Origin: Actinomycetes bacterium
Lineage (GTDB): Bacteria; Actinomycetota; Actinomycetes; JAHEKZ01
Direction: 5' to 3'
Assembly (NCBI GenBank): GCA_027118455.1
Contig: JAJAYZ010000091.1
Coordinates: 416 to 64,415, forward strand
Length of the DNA stretch: 64,000 nucleotides
The position numbers and the translations under genes were made by a program. A model generated the notes under the pieces. It saw nothing but the letters and a program-made list of their open reading frames with translations, was not told the origin of the DNA and searched no databases. Each line of letters opens with the position of its first letter. Positions within the stretch are counted from its first letter, which is position 1. Below, piece after piece: positions 1 through 8,653 of the stretch.

Positions 1-662
1 ATCCCTACACGCCGCCGGGCCTGGAGGGTTTTGTCCAGTCCCTCGAGTTCGTGGCACTTGGCTTTCTGATCACATTGGCGCTGTCGGTGTGGTCCCTGGC
101 GGTGCGCTTCCGGCGCGGGGGTCGTCGGGAGCAGTCTCAGATCAAGTGGCTGATCCTTGCTGGCTTAGTCATGGCCGTCTTCATGGTTCAAGCACTGGCC
201 ACGAACTGGTCGCGGAGTGACACAATTCTGTTGGCGGTGGTGCTGTCGTTGCTCCCGCTGTCGGTAGGGGTGGCGATTCTTCGCTATCACTTGTACGACA
301 TCGATCGAATCATCAGCCGGTCGACCTCCTACGCGCTGGTGACGGCGCTCGTGGTCGTTGTCTATCTGGGTGTCGTGGCGGCTGCGAGCGCGGTCATACC
401 CGTCTCTGACGCGCTTCCGGTGGCGTTGGCGACCTTGGTGGCAGCCGCCGTGTTTCGTCCGGCATTGCGTTGGACACAGACAGTGGTCGATCGACGCTTT
501 GACCGGACGCGCTATGACGCAGAAACCACCGTTCAGGTCTTCAGCCAGCGCCTCGCTCGGGAGGTCGACGCAGACATTGTCACCGACGAGTTGCTAGAAG
601 TTCTGGACGAGACTGTGCAACCGTCGAGTGTGGGACTGTGGGTCGCCGGAGGCCAGTCGTGA
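1..662 (+). CDS. Polytopic membrane protein, 5'-partial at window edge; function unknown
   Basis: ORF 51..662 has no stop upstream to position 1 in the same frame. Several hydrophobic helices are followed by a charged C-terminal tail. Confidence 0.4.
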   Translation, partial: PYTPPGLEGFVQSLEFVALGFLITLALSVWSLAVRFRRGGRREQSQIKWLILAGLVMAVFMVQALATNWSRSDTILLAVVLSLLPLSVGVAILRYHLYDIDRIISRSTSYALVTALVVVVYLGVVAAASAVIPVSDALPVALATLVAAAVFRPALRWTQTVVDRRFDRTRYDAETTVQVFSQRLAREVDADIVTDELLEVLDETVQPSSVGLWVAGGQS

Positions 663-787
663 CATCGTCTCCGAAGACCTCCTGGCGGTTCTCGCCAACA
701 CCATGCAACCCTCGGTAGCCGGCCTGCGGGTCCGCGAGAGTTGACGTGCCTGTCCGGAGGGCATCTGCGACGACGTGAGGATGAGCC

Positions 788-2209
788 TTGAGCATGGATG
801 TCGACACCGTTGTGGTCGGTTCCGGTCCCAACGGCCTCGTTGCGGCCGTCCGTTTGGCAGAAGCTGGGCAACGGGTGGTGGTGCTTGAGGCAGCTGACCG
901 GGCCGGTGGCGGGCTTCGGACCGAAGAGCTCACGCTCCCGGGGTTCCGGCACGACGTGTGCTCGACCGTGCATCCGTTGGCGCTGGCATCTCCAGCGTTT
1001 CGAGCCCTTGACCTTTCGCGGGAGGGGCTGAAGTTCGCTCATCCTGCCGCAGCCTTCGGGCACCCGGTAGACGGACGCACCTCGGGAGTTGTCTATCGGG
1101 ATCTCGATCGCACTGCCGGTGAACTCGGCCGCGATGGTGGTGGATGGCGAAGGGTCGTCGGCGGTGTTTCGCGCGGTGGCGAACGGTTGGTCGACGGTCT
1201 GCTGTCTCCACTGGACTTCCCTCCCAAGGCGCCACTCGCACTGGCCGCATACGGCAGCGTTGGAGCCTGGCCAGCGCGGTGGGTGGGGCAGGTAGCGTTC
1301 AGGGAGGAGCCGGCTCGCGCGCTGATGGCTGGGTTGGCCGCCCACTCGATGTTGTCGCTGTCGTCTCTGACCACCGCTGGCTTCGGGATGCTTCTGGGTG
1401 GGCTGGCACACAGCGTTGGCTGGCCGGTAGCAGTGGGTGGCTCGCAGGCCATCGCGGACGCGCTGGTGGCGCGCTTGCGTTCGCTCGGCGGGGAGGTGGT
1501 CACTGGCCACCGCGTGACGTCGGTGACCGACCTGCTGAAGGCGTCCAACGTCGTCCTCGACCTGACACCGCGGCAGGTCACCGACGTCGCGCGGGAGGTG
1601 CTGCCCACTGGCTATCGGAAGCGCCTCGAAGCCTTTCGGTACGGGCCGGGGGTGTTCAAAGTTGACTGGGCGCTGGACGGTCCCGTGCCATGGGGCGATG
1701 AGCGACTGTGCGCAGCTGGCACCGTCCACGTCTGTGGTACGGCCGACGAGGTAGCCCTCAGCGAAAAACTGGCTGCTGCCGGTGAGCACGCGGAGCGCCC
1801 TTATGTGCTCTTCGTGCAAGCCAACACCGCTGACTCCTCTCGAGCCCCTGAGGGTAAACACACTGGATGGGCGTACTGCCATGTGCCGAATGGCTCCCGG
1901 GTCGACATGACCGACCGGATCGAGGCGCAGATCGAGCGGTTCGCGCCCGGCTTCCAAGATCGGATCTTGGCCCGGCACACGATGGACACCGCCGCGCTAG
2001 AGGCGCACAACGCCAACGAGGTCGGCGGGGACATCGCGGGGGGCGCCTCTGACTGGCGGCAGTTCATCGCGCGGCCGGTGTTGTCCCGATCGCCGTGGGC
2101 GACACCGGTACCAGGGCTCTACATGTGCTCGTCGTCGACGCCTCCGGGCGGGGGAGTGCACGGAATGGGTGGCTGGCACGCCGCTGGACAGGTACTCGCC
2201 AGGGCCTGA
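788..2209 (+). CDS. FAD/NAD(P)-binding oxidoreductase, phytoene-desaturase (CrtI)-like family
   Basis: N-terminal Rossmann dinucleotide motif VVVGSGPNGLVAAVRLAEAG...VLEA. 473 aa with high-GC3 coding pattern. Confidence 0.8.
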   Translation: MSMDVDTVVVGSGPNGLVAAVRLAEAGQRVVVLEAADRAGGGLRTEELTLPGFRHDVCSTVHPLALASPAFRALDLSREGLKFAHPAAAFGHPVDGRTSGVVYRDLDRTAGELGRDGGGWRRVVGGVSRGGERLVDGLLSPLDFPPKAPLALAAYGSVGAWPARWVGQVAFREEPARALMAGLAAHSMLSLSSLTTAGFGMLLGGLAHSVGWPVAVGGSQAIADALVARLRSLGGEVVTGHRVTSVTDLLKASNVVLDLTPRQVTDVAREVLPTGYRKRLEAFRYGPGVFKVDWALDGPVPWGDERLCAAGTVHVCGTADEVALSEKLAAAGEHAERPYVLFVQANTADSSRAPEGKHTGWAYCHVPNGSRVDMTDRIEAQIERFAPGFQDRILARHTMDTAALEAHNANEVGGDIAGGASDWRQFIARPVLSRSPWATPVPGLYMCSSSTPPGGGVHGMGGWHAAGQVLARA

Positions 2210-2293
2210 CCCGCCGTAACGCTTTCCGGACGCTGGCTCGTGCATCGTGCAACTTGCGGGCGGTTCGCGCCCCACGTCTTCGGAAGGTGTCTC

Positions 2294-2734
2294 ATGCCAG
2301 TTGTCGAGGAGAGTGTCGTCATTGCCCGTTCGCCCCATGAGGTGTTCGCGTTCATCGTCCAGGCCGAGAACCTGCCGATCTGGGATTCGATGACGATTGA
2401 GGCCGAGCAGGTCAGCAACGGTGAACCCGGGCTCGGAACTCGTACCAAAGGAGTGAGCAAACTGTTGGGGAAGCGGCTGGACTGGACCTCTGAGGTGACC
2501 GCCTTCGAACCGGATGCCCTGGCGACCTACTCGACGGTGGGCGGAAGGCTGAAGTTCTCGGCCACCAGCAAGCTTGAGCCGGCCGACGAAGGCACCCGGC
2601 TGACCTACCGCGTCGAGGCTGAGTCTGGTCTGGCTGGAGTCTTCGGCAAGATGTCCGACCCCCTGGTGACCAGCGCCCTGGCCCGGACGGTCCGCGCCAA
2701 CCTGGGCAGCCTGGCGGACCTGTTGGAGCAGTGA
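2294..2734 (+). CDS. SRPBCC-superfamily (polyketide cyclase/dehydrase-like) ligand-binding protein
   Basis: About 146 aa starting MPVVEESVVIARSPHEVFAFI, typical of SRPBCC/Bet v1-like proteins. The internal ATG was chosen over the longer ORF start. Confidence 0.6.
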   Translation: MPVVEESVVIARSPHEVFAFIVQAENLPIWDSMTIEAEQVSNGEPGLGTRTKGVSKLLGKRLDWTSEVTAFEPDALATYSTVGGRLKFSATSKLEPADEGTRLTYRVEAESGLAGVFGKMSDPLVTSALARTVRANLGSLADLLEQ

Positions 2735-2805
2735 GTCTCCTCACCGCCGGAATCGAAGGTGACCAGGTGGCGTTGGAACACGTAGACTGGGGGCACAACT
2801 GCACA

Positions 2806-3177
2806 GGGGGTGAAAGGTTTCGACTTTGTACGTACCGTCTAGGGGAAGCGGGTCGAGGATGCCAAGGACGATCTCGTTAACCATTCCTTGGAAACCAATA
2901 AGTGCCAATACATCGCGCACTGATCTCACTCTCGCTGCCTAAGCGAGCTTGAAGATCCGTCAGCCCGGAGCTGCTTCCGATCCGGTGTCTGGCGTCGACT
3001 AGGAAGCTCAACCTGATGGCCCGGTCACGGGGCTAGCGGGAACATCAAACAGTGACTGAGCCCGCCGGCAGCTTGCCTGCGTGACTGCCGGGGCTGAGAA
3101 AAGCACAGTGGGCTGCACCCGGAGAAGCCCTGTATGGACGACGAAGGACGCGGGTTCGATTCCCGCCACCTCCACCA
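2806..3177 (+). ncRNA. ssrA: tmRNA (SsrA)
   Basis: 5' end GGGGGTGAAAGGTTTCGACTT and 3' tRNA-like end GGACGCGGGTTCGATTCCCGCCACCTCCACCA match actinobacterial tmRNA. The internal tag ORF ends ...LTLAA-TAA (gccaatacatcgcgcactgatctcactctcgctgcctaa). Length about 372 nt. Confidence 0.9.
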
Positions 3178-3226
3178 TTCTGACCTGCGGAAACGCAAGA
3201 GCTGTTGACACAAGTGTGGCTATCTG

Positions 3227-4423
3227 TTGACACGGCAGCTATCTTCTTGGTTGATGGCCTCCATTCGAGAACGCCGCAGAGCAAACGGAACACTCTCTTT
3301 CGCTGTGCTGTGGCGAGACCCGGACACCCGCCGCCAAGCGTCCCTTACCTACGACGACCAGCGTGACGCCCTCGTTGCGAAGCAGTTGATCGAAGCCGCT
3401 GGGGGTCGTGCTGTTGAGGCAGCGCGTATCGCCGAGGCCGTGCGTGCTGCCGGACCCACGGTGGCCGAGCTGGTCAGTGAACACATTGACTTGCTGACTG
3501 CGGTAGGTCCGGACACTCGGAGCCATTACCGCTACCAGTTGAATCACCACATCACGCCGATGCTCGGCGCGCTCCCTGTGAAAGGCCTGACCTATCGACA
3601 CATCGCCGGGTGGGTGCAGGCCATGAGTGAGAAGGACCTCGCACCCAAGACTGTTGCGAATGTGCATGGGTTGCTCTCGGCGTCGCTGACGACAGGGGTC
3701 CGGCTGGGCTACCGGACTGACAATCCGTGTGCCGGCGTTGACCTGCCCAAGAGCCAGTCGATTCGCGACGAGATGAAGGTCTTGACTCGGGAAGAGTTCT
3801 CTCTCTTGCTGGGACGAATCCCCGCGTTTTATCAACCGCTGGTGCTCACTTTGGTTGCAACAGGTCTGCGGTGGGGGGAAGCAACTGCACTAACCGCCGG
3901 TGATGTGAACCTGAATTCCCGACCGGCAACTCTGCGTGTGACGAAAGCATGGAAACGCGACGCGGAACGCCGCTGGTACGTCGGGCCTCCGAAAACGAAG
4001 CGGGCGCGGCGGACGGTGTCCCTGCCCGACGACATGATCGATGTTTTGATGCCATTGATCGCTCAAAAGGATCCTGATGAACTTCTCTTCACCAACACTC
4101 ACGGCGGCCAGCTGTCCTCCTCGCGATTTTGGACGACGACGTGGACTCCGGCTCTGGATGCCGCCGTCAATCCTCGTTGCTCCGATGGCACCCTTGATCC
4201 CGACGCGCGACGACTCACCAAGCGACCCCGAGTGCACGATCTTCGTCACACTCATGCTTCGTGGATGATCGCCGAAGGCACCGATCTGTTCGTACTCCAA
4301 CGTCGGCTGGGCCACGAGTCGATCACAACCACGACCGACACTTACTCCCACCTCCTCCCGGATCAGCAGAACGCCGCAGCTCAAGCGGCCGGGCGGTCAC
4401 TTCGAGGTTTGACGGTCGCTTGA
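3227..4423 (+). CDS. Tyrosine-type site-specific integrase (phage integrase family)
   Basis: C-terminal catalytic region LRHTHASWMIAEGTDLFVLQRRLGHESITTTTDTYSHLL carries the R...H-x-x-R...Y signature. The N-terminal AP2-like arm-binding segment reads ASIRERRRANGTLSFAVLWR. It lies immediately 3' of ssrA. Confidence 0.9.
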   Translation: MTRQLSSWLMASIRERRRANGTLSFAVLWRDPDTRRQASLTYDDQRDALVAKQLIEAAGGRAVEAARIAEAVRAAGPTVAELVSEHIDLLTAVGPDTRSHYRYQLNHHITPMLGALPVKGLTYRHIAGWVQAMSEKDLAPKTVANVHGLLSASLTTGVRLGYRTDNPCAGVDLPKSQSIRDEMKVLTREEFSLLLGRIPAFYQPLVLTLVATGLRWGEATALTAGDVNLNSRPATLRVTKAWKRDAERRWYVGPPKTKRARRTVSLPDDMIDVLMPLIAQKDPDELLFTNTHGGQLSSSRFWTTTWTPALDAAVNPRCSDGTLDPDARRLTKRPRVHDLRHTHASWMIAEGTDLFVLQRRLGHESITTTTDTYSHLLPDQQNAAAQAAGRSLRGLTVA

Positions 4424-4828
4424 CCGTCGCCGACCGTGTTCTGCTTTGACTGACTCCGCTTGTCGACGCGAAGGATCAGGCTTCCCCCGCACATCGGCGC
4501 TTCTATACAGCTCCGTAGGCGAGCAATTGCCGAGGCTCGGAGACCGAGTGGGGGACCGGTGCGCCTTCAGTGATCTCTGCGTCGCACCGAGCGCTTCCAA
4601 GGTGGGTGGTCTGATCGGCGCAGGAGTGACGGCGACATCCTTGGCGGGCTCGACTGTAGAGAGCCTTACCAGCGCATTGACCTGTTCCGGAAGGAATCGG
4701 ATGCGCTGCCGACCGAGGCGCAGGTGAGGTATGCGTCCACGCCTCGCCTGCTCGCGAACCCACCAGGGCGAGGTGCCCAAGGTCCGGGCTACATCCTCTG
4801 GGCTCAACGTAGCTACATCACCGTCCAT
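4397..4828 (-). CDS. Excisionase-family helix-turn-helix DNA-binding protein with low-complexity tail
   Basis: N-terminus LSPEDVARTLGTSPWWVREQARRGRIPHLRLGRQRIRFLPEQVNALV is typical of Xis/MerR-type HTH. It is convergent with and overlaps the integrase 3' end. Confidence 0.6.
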   Translation of the reverse strand: MDGDVATLSPEDVARTLGTSPWWVREQARRGRIPHLRLGRQRIRFLPEQVNALVRLSTVEPAKDVAVTPAPIRPPTLEALGATQRSLKAHRSPTRSPSLGNCSPTELYRSADVRGKPDPSRRQAESVKAEHGRRRSSDRQTSK

Positions 4829-4956
4829 GATTGAACCTCCGTCGCGTCCACGTCTACCTAGAGGTGTGCGAATGACCCATCAACACTCGACTGGCATCGA
4901 GGTCGGTCCGGTCGTCGGTTTAGAACTGCGTGATGGCCTCGCCCTCGACGTGCTGA

Positions 4957-5002
4957 TAGGGCTCATAACCCAGAGGTCGCAGGTTCAAATCCTGCCCCCG
5001 CT
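4957..5002 (+). tRNA. Partial (3' half only) initiator tRNA-Met sequence; probable att-site remnant
   Basis: GGGCTCATAACCCAGAGGTCGCAGGTTCAAATCCTGCCCCCGC matches the anticodon-loop-to-acceptor 3' portion of bacterial tRNA-fMet (CAT anticodon). No matching 5' acceptor/D-arm lies upstream. Confidence 0.6.
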
Positions 5003-5104
5003 ACGAACGTAAGTGCAAGTCAGGGGCCGGATCGCCAAAAATGGTGATCGGGCCCCTGACTCGTTTGACCGCACCTTGACCGCAAGCGACTTCCCGACTC
5101 GCCC

Positions 5105-5392
5105 GTGGATGACGGTGGACGCCGCTGGCTGACGCAGCAGGGCGCAGCTAGGTTGGATGCATTGAGTAAGAGATGGGGCTCCTTCAACGTTGGCGGTGGG
5201 GCCGGTCGACCCGGGATGAGCGCAGTGCGAATCCAACGGTTTCTTGATCAGTTTCCTGAGCGTCTCGTCGTGCCGATGCTCGACAAACTTGAGGCGCTTA
5301 CCTTCCTGACGCGCGCGGACCTCGGCGAGCGACTCGCCGGTACCCTCAACTTCGACACCGTTGAATCCGTGAATGTGGCCCCGCTGATTTAG
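5105..5392 (+). CDS. Hypothetical protein; possibly the N-terminal part of the downstream PRTase-like ORF (same frame, separated by an in-frame TAG)
   Basis: It shares a frame with 5426..6124. A single TAG at 5390-5392 separates them. Confidence 0.3.
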   Translation: MDDGGRRWLTQQGAARLDALSKRWGSFNVGGGAGRPGMSAVRIQRFLDQFPERLVVPMLDKLEALTFLTRADLGERLAGTLNFDTVESVNVAPLI

Positions 5393-5425
5393 CGGCCGGA
5401 CGAGTCGGCTAGTACCGCTACGTAC

Positions 5426-6124
5426 ATGCTGCGGCGAGACGCGGCTATTCCCTTCGACCTCGAGACTGGTCCAGAGGCCGCAGTAGCCAAGTTGCAGTCG
5501 AATGACACCGCGTCCTTGGTCCTCGTGGACGACTACTCGCTGTCGGGCAAACAGGCGCGCACGGTATTGCAGGCGTGGTTCGGTCTCGCCCTTGATCTCC
5601 CGGAGGAGCATGGGATCGCTTCTCAGCAGACTGAGGTAGTGCGCGAGGTACTTCGAAGCCGCGGGTTTTCGCTCGTCTTTGCGTATGCGAGTGCCGAGGC
5701 GGTTGTCGCGGTCGAGGCCCTTATGTCCGAAATCGGGCTGCCCGGGTCCTCGACTGTTCGTTCGCTCGTTCCAGCCGAGACCGTCGCGCGGATCGATCTC
5801 GATGATAGCTCCGAGCTGACGGCATTCCTCAAAGCAGTCGGGGATAGCCTGCTTCAAGACAAGAATGCGGAGAATCCAGGCAAGTGGACTCCCGAGTTGA
5901 TCGCCTCACGCGCGCTTGGGTACGGAAACCGGGGCATGTTGATCACGTTCTTCTACACTGTGCCTACGTCGATGGTGACGGCTTTGTGGAAGTTCGGAAG
6001 GTTCCGGTCTTCCGATTGGCTACCTCTGTTTCCTCGTAGCGGAGAGCGTGTCCGAAGCCGCCAGCCGACGCTTGAGGGCGGGGTGATGTGGCAGTGGTTA
6101 TCTTTATTCGCCTGCCGCATGTAA
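5426..6124 (+). CDS. Phosphoribosyltransferase (PRTase)-like domain protein, possibly disrupted
   Basis: ASLVLVDDYSLSGKQARTV resembles the type-I PRTase PRPP-binding motif (hydrophobic-hydrophobic-DD-x-x-S/T-G). The C-terminal 60 aa look non-protein-like, suggesting a frameshift or decay. Confidence 0.4.
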   Translation: MLRRDAAIPFDLETGPEAAVAKLQSNDTASLVLVDDYSLSGKQARTVLQAWFGLALDLPEEHGIASQQTEVVREVLRSRGFSLVFAYASAEAVVAVEALMSEIGLPGSSTVRSLVPAETVARIDLDDSSELTAFLKAVGDSLLQDKNAENPGKWTPELIASRALGYGNRGMLITFFYTVPTSMVTALWKFGRFRSSDWLPLFPRSGERVRSRQPTLEGGVMWQWLSLFACRM

Positions 6125-6432
6125 TTTGCCTGTGGCGGCTGCCCGGGGCGGTTGAGCGTCGCCTTAGGTCAGCGGTGCATCGCCAAGGCCTTCGCAGACC
6201 GCCATCACGGGCTGGCGCGTCGGGAAGGTGCTAAAGGTGAATGGGATCACCGCAAGGCACGCCGTGCGCGGCTTCACCTCGGTTGACTTTGTGCGTAATT
6301 GTGACTGCCTTGCGCTGCCGGCGGTGGTCTGCTTGGCGCCGTCGTCGAGCCTCTCGAGGATGGCGGCGACGATGCCTGGCTTTCGTCGGTCGACTTGAAC
6401 CGGGTGAGGGTGGCTCTGGCTGGACTCCCGCA

Positions 6433-6567
6433 CCCTTTACCGCGAGCGAAGCAAGGCGCGCAATTGGGCTAAGTAGGCGTTGGACATTGCCCATCCTCAA
6501 TCACCTTGATTCGGGTGGCTTGACCACTCGCCGCCACGATAGTCGACGAAGCGTGCGTTTGGACTGA
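6433..6567 (+). pseudogene. Ghost copy of the 3' end of selB (about 44 codons)
   Basis: The translation PFTASEARRAIGLSRRWTLPILNHLDSGGLTTRRHDSRRSVRLD aligns with the SelB C-terminus at 33522..33653 (PFTASEARQALGLSRRCTLQILNHLDSRGVTLRHQDSRRSIRS). DNA identity is roughly three quarters by eye. Confidence 0.6.
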
Positions 6568-6866
6568 CCCTCCATCGCTTCGTACGGAAGCGGGCAGGTG
6601 GCGCGATGAATATCCCTAAGTTGTCGACTGGGACTCCGACCACTTGTCTGCGCGCCTTGCCACATGGAAGGCGTAACCCGATGTGAGTTCACTCCGATAA
6701 GGCGCACTCAGTCATGGCCAGCAGAGGTAGGTTGAGTGGGCCGCGTCGCGCTTCCCCGAGTGGAGATGGATGAGTCGACGCCGCACGGACGACAGCATTC
6801 AAGTCAGGCGCTAGCCGAAGCTGCACCGCCCTAGTTTCTCCACTTGACGCATAGGCTGCTAGACGT

Positions 6867-7295
6867 ATGGATGCATCCGCGATTCTTCCGGCCGCTGGAG
6901 TATCCCTGCTCGGGATGCCGCTACTGCTTAGCGCCAGCACTCACCTACGCCAGTTCGGAGCCTTTAAAGCAGTGGTTGTAACCCAGTCTGTCGTCCCCTT
7001 CAGACTCCATCAACCGGCTGCCCTTGCCTTCGTCGTCTGCGAGCTGACGGTTGGAGTAGCTGGGGGCGCTGTGCTTCTTCCAATGGCACGGCAGGGAGTG
7101 GTGTGGGTCGTCGTCGCCGAGGCATCGATGTACCTAGGGCTCTCCCTATACGTCGGCACAATTGTCCATCGCGGCCTGAAGGTTCCTTGTGGATGTTTCG
7201 GCAAGGTGCGTCCCATATCGAGGCTCACCCTTCTACGGAACATCGCTCTCTTCGTGGCATGCTTGGCAGTGGGTGTCTGGATTGGAATTCCCTGA
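6867..7295 (+). CDS. MauE/DoxX-family redox-associated membrane protein (cassette copy 1)
   Basis: Four TM helices and the VPCGCFG motif characteristic of the MauE/DoxX family. It is a paralog of 34165..34698 (DADCGCSPG). Confidence 0.6.
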   Translation: MDASAILPAAGVSLLGMPLLLSASTHLRQFGAFKAVVVTQSVVPFRLHQPAALAFVVCELTVGVAGGAVLLPMARQGVVWVVVAEASMYLGLSLYVGTIVHRGLKVPCGCFGKVRPISRLTLLRNIALFVACLAVGVWIGIP

Positions 7296-7375
7296 TTCCT
7301 TGAAGCGATGCGAGGTTCAGATTCTCCCCGCTGAGTCAAGTCAACCCTTGACATCGGACTGTTCCCGCGACATCT

Positions 7376-7882
7376 TTGATCAATCTCTCACGGCAGGGGC
7401 TGGGGTTGTCTACACAATCAGGTGCGTTGATTGCCCTGTGGATCGTGGTGCTATTTCTGGGACTGGTTGTCGCCGCGCTCCTTCGAGATGTACGTCAGGT
7501 GCAACGCGGAATTCGTCGTGAGCGACGATCAGAACCGTGGCCAGCTTCGCTGGTAAGTCCCACGGGGGTATCACTAGTCTTAGTCGTGAGCGAGGGGTGC
7601 TCAGTATGCGCTGAGGCCGCGGTGACACTTTCGTCAGCGGTTACGAGGGTTGACGGCCTACTCACAGTCAGCATCCTCGCGGACACCGACTCAGTTCGCC
7701 ATGCCTCGTCAGGTTCGGTCCGTGTTGTCACGGACGATGATACCTATGCTCGACTCTTCCCCGGGTGGGTGCCGGCGCTGGCGGTTTTCGAGGAAGGTGA
7801 GTTGAAGACCCTGCAACCCGCCGGTTCTGAAGAAGCTGTTCTCCATATCGTTGATACGGCGTCAAAGCGAGTTAGCGCGTGA
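7376..7882 (+). CDS. Membrane-anchored thioredoxin-like CxxC protein (cassette copy 1)
   Basis: N-terminal TM helix followed by LVLVVSEGCSVCAEA (CxxC). It is a paralog of 36953..37474 (VIVVDGSCETCVDV). Confidence 0.5.
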   Translation: MINLSRQGLGLSTQSGALIALWIVVLFLGLVVAALLRDVRQVQRGIRRERRSEPWPASLVSPTGVSLVLVVSEGCSVCAEAAVTLSSAVTRVDGLLTVSILADTDSVRHASSGSVRVVTDDDTYARLFPGWVPALAVFEEGELKTLQPAGSEEAVLHIVDTASKRVSA

Positions 7883-8091
7883 ACAGCCCGACTGAACCCG
7901 TCTCCGAGCCAAGACATTCGCGGGTGGAGACAGCCACTCAACCCGTCGTGATTGCTTGCTTGATGGCTTTTACGGTGATTGCAGTTGCCATAGGCGTTGT
8001 GCTGGGAGCGACCGGGTGGACCTTATGGATGTCGATCGCATTCGCAGCTGGATACTCCATTTCAGGGTCCGTATGAAGCCACAACTCAGCG

Positions 8092-8640
8092 ATGCTCATC
8101 TCGTCGGTCTGGCGGGAACAGGCTCGAATGGTGTTCGTCTTCGGACTGCTTGTAGGTGGTCTCATTTCGGCTGCCTTGCTCGCGCTCGTCGGAGTGTTGC
8201 TGTTCCGCTGGTGGATCTCAGCTTGGCTGTCGATGGCCTTAGTCAGCGGGGCCTTTGTCCTTGCCACTCTTGCCGATCTGCGTGTGCTGGCGCTTCCGAA
8301 AGTCCACAATGCGCGTCAGGTGCCACAGGCCGTTCAGAGAAGAGGACCGGTGGTTGGTGCGCTGCAGTTCGGCGTGGAAATGGGAAGCGGTGCCAGGACC
8401 TTCATGACCGGTTACCTTCCTCTGGTGGTCGCGCTCGCACTCGTACTGATAGTGCCTTGGCAAGGAGTTGCGTTGATCGGGATATCTTTCGGTGCTGGCA
8501 GATCGATTGTTCCGCTGGTCAGAGCGTCAAGCCACAACGATTCACACTGGTCGAATAACTTCATGAGACATGCTCGTCTGATACAGGGGCTGCTGTCAGT
8601 TGTATGTCTCGCCGCCTGGGCATCTACGCGGGTCAGCTAG
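8092..8640 (+). CDS. Polytopic membrane protein (cassette copy 1)
   Basis: It is a clear paralog of 38273..38821. Compare VPQAVQRRGPVVGALQFGVEMGSGARTFMTGYLPLVVALALVL with VPITVFRLGERFGPIQFGFEMGSGIRTYVTSSLPYLLVVATVL. Confidence 0.55.
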   Translation: MLISSVWREQARMVFVFGLLVGGLISAALLALVGVLLFRWWISAWLSMALVSGAFVLATLADLRVLALPKVHNARQVPQAVQRRGPVVGALQFGVEMGSGARTFMTGYLPLVVALALVLIVPWQGVALIGISFGAGRSIVPLVRASSHNDSHWSNNFMRHARLIQGLLSVVCLAAWASTRVS

Positions 8641-8653
8641 CTGAGGAGATGGG

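Noticed and set aside
533-1978. Long minus-strand ORF (481 aa) antisense to the FAD oxidoreductase. Similar long antisense ORFs occur at 4985..5857, 3239..3835, 17473..18390, 21704..22423, 48925..49557 and 11649..12158.
   Set aside because: These are Arg/Pro-rich low-complexity translations typical of shadow ORFs in high-GC DNA. Each is antisense to a gene with a clear domain signature.
7879-8076. 65-aa ORF between the Trx-like and membrane protein genes of cassette 1. Considered as a small membrane peptide or precursor.
   Set aside because: It has no counterpart in cassette copy 2 and no distinctive motif. It was kept out of the feature list for lack of support.
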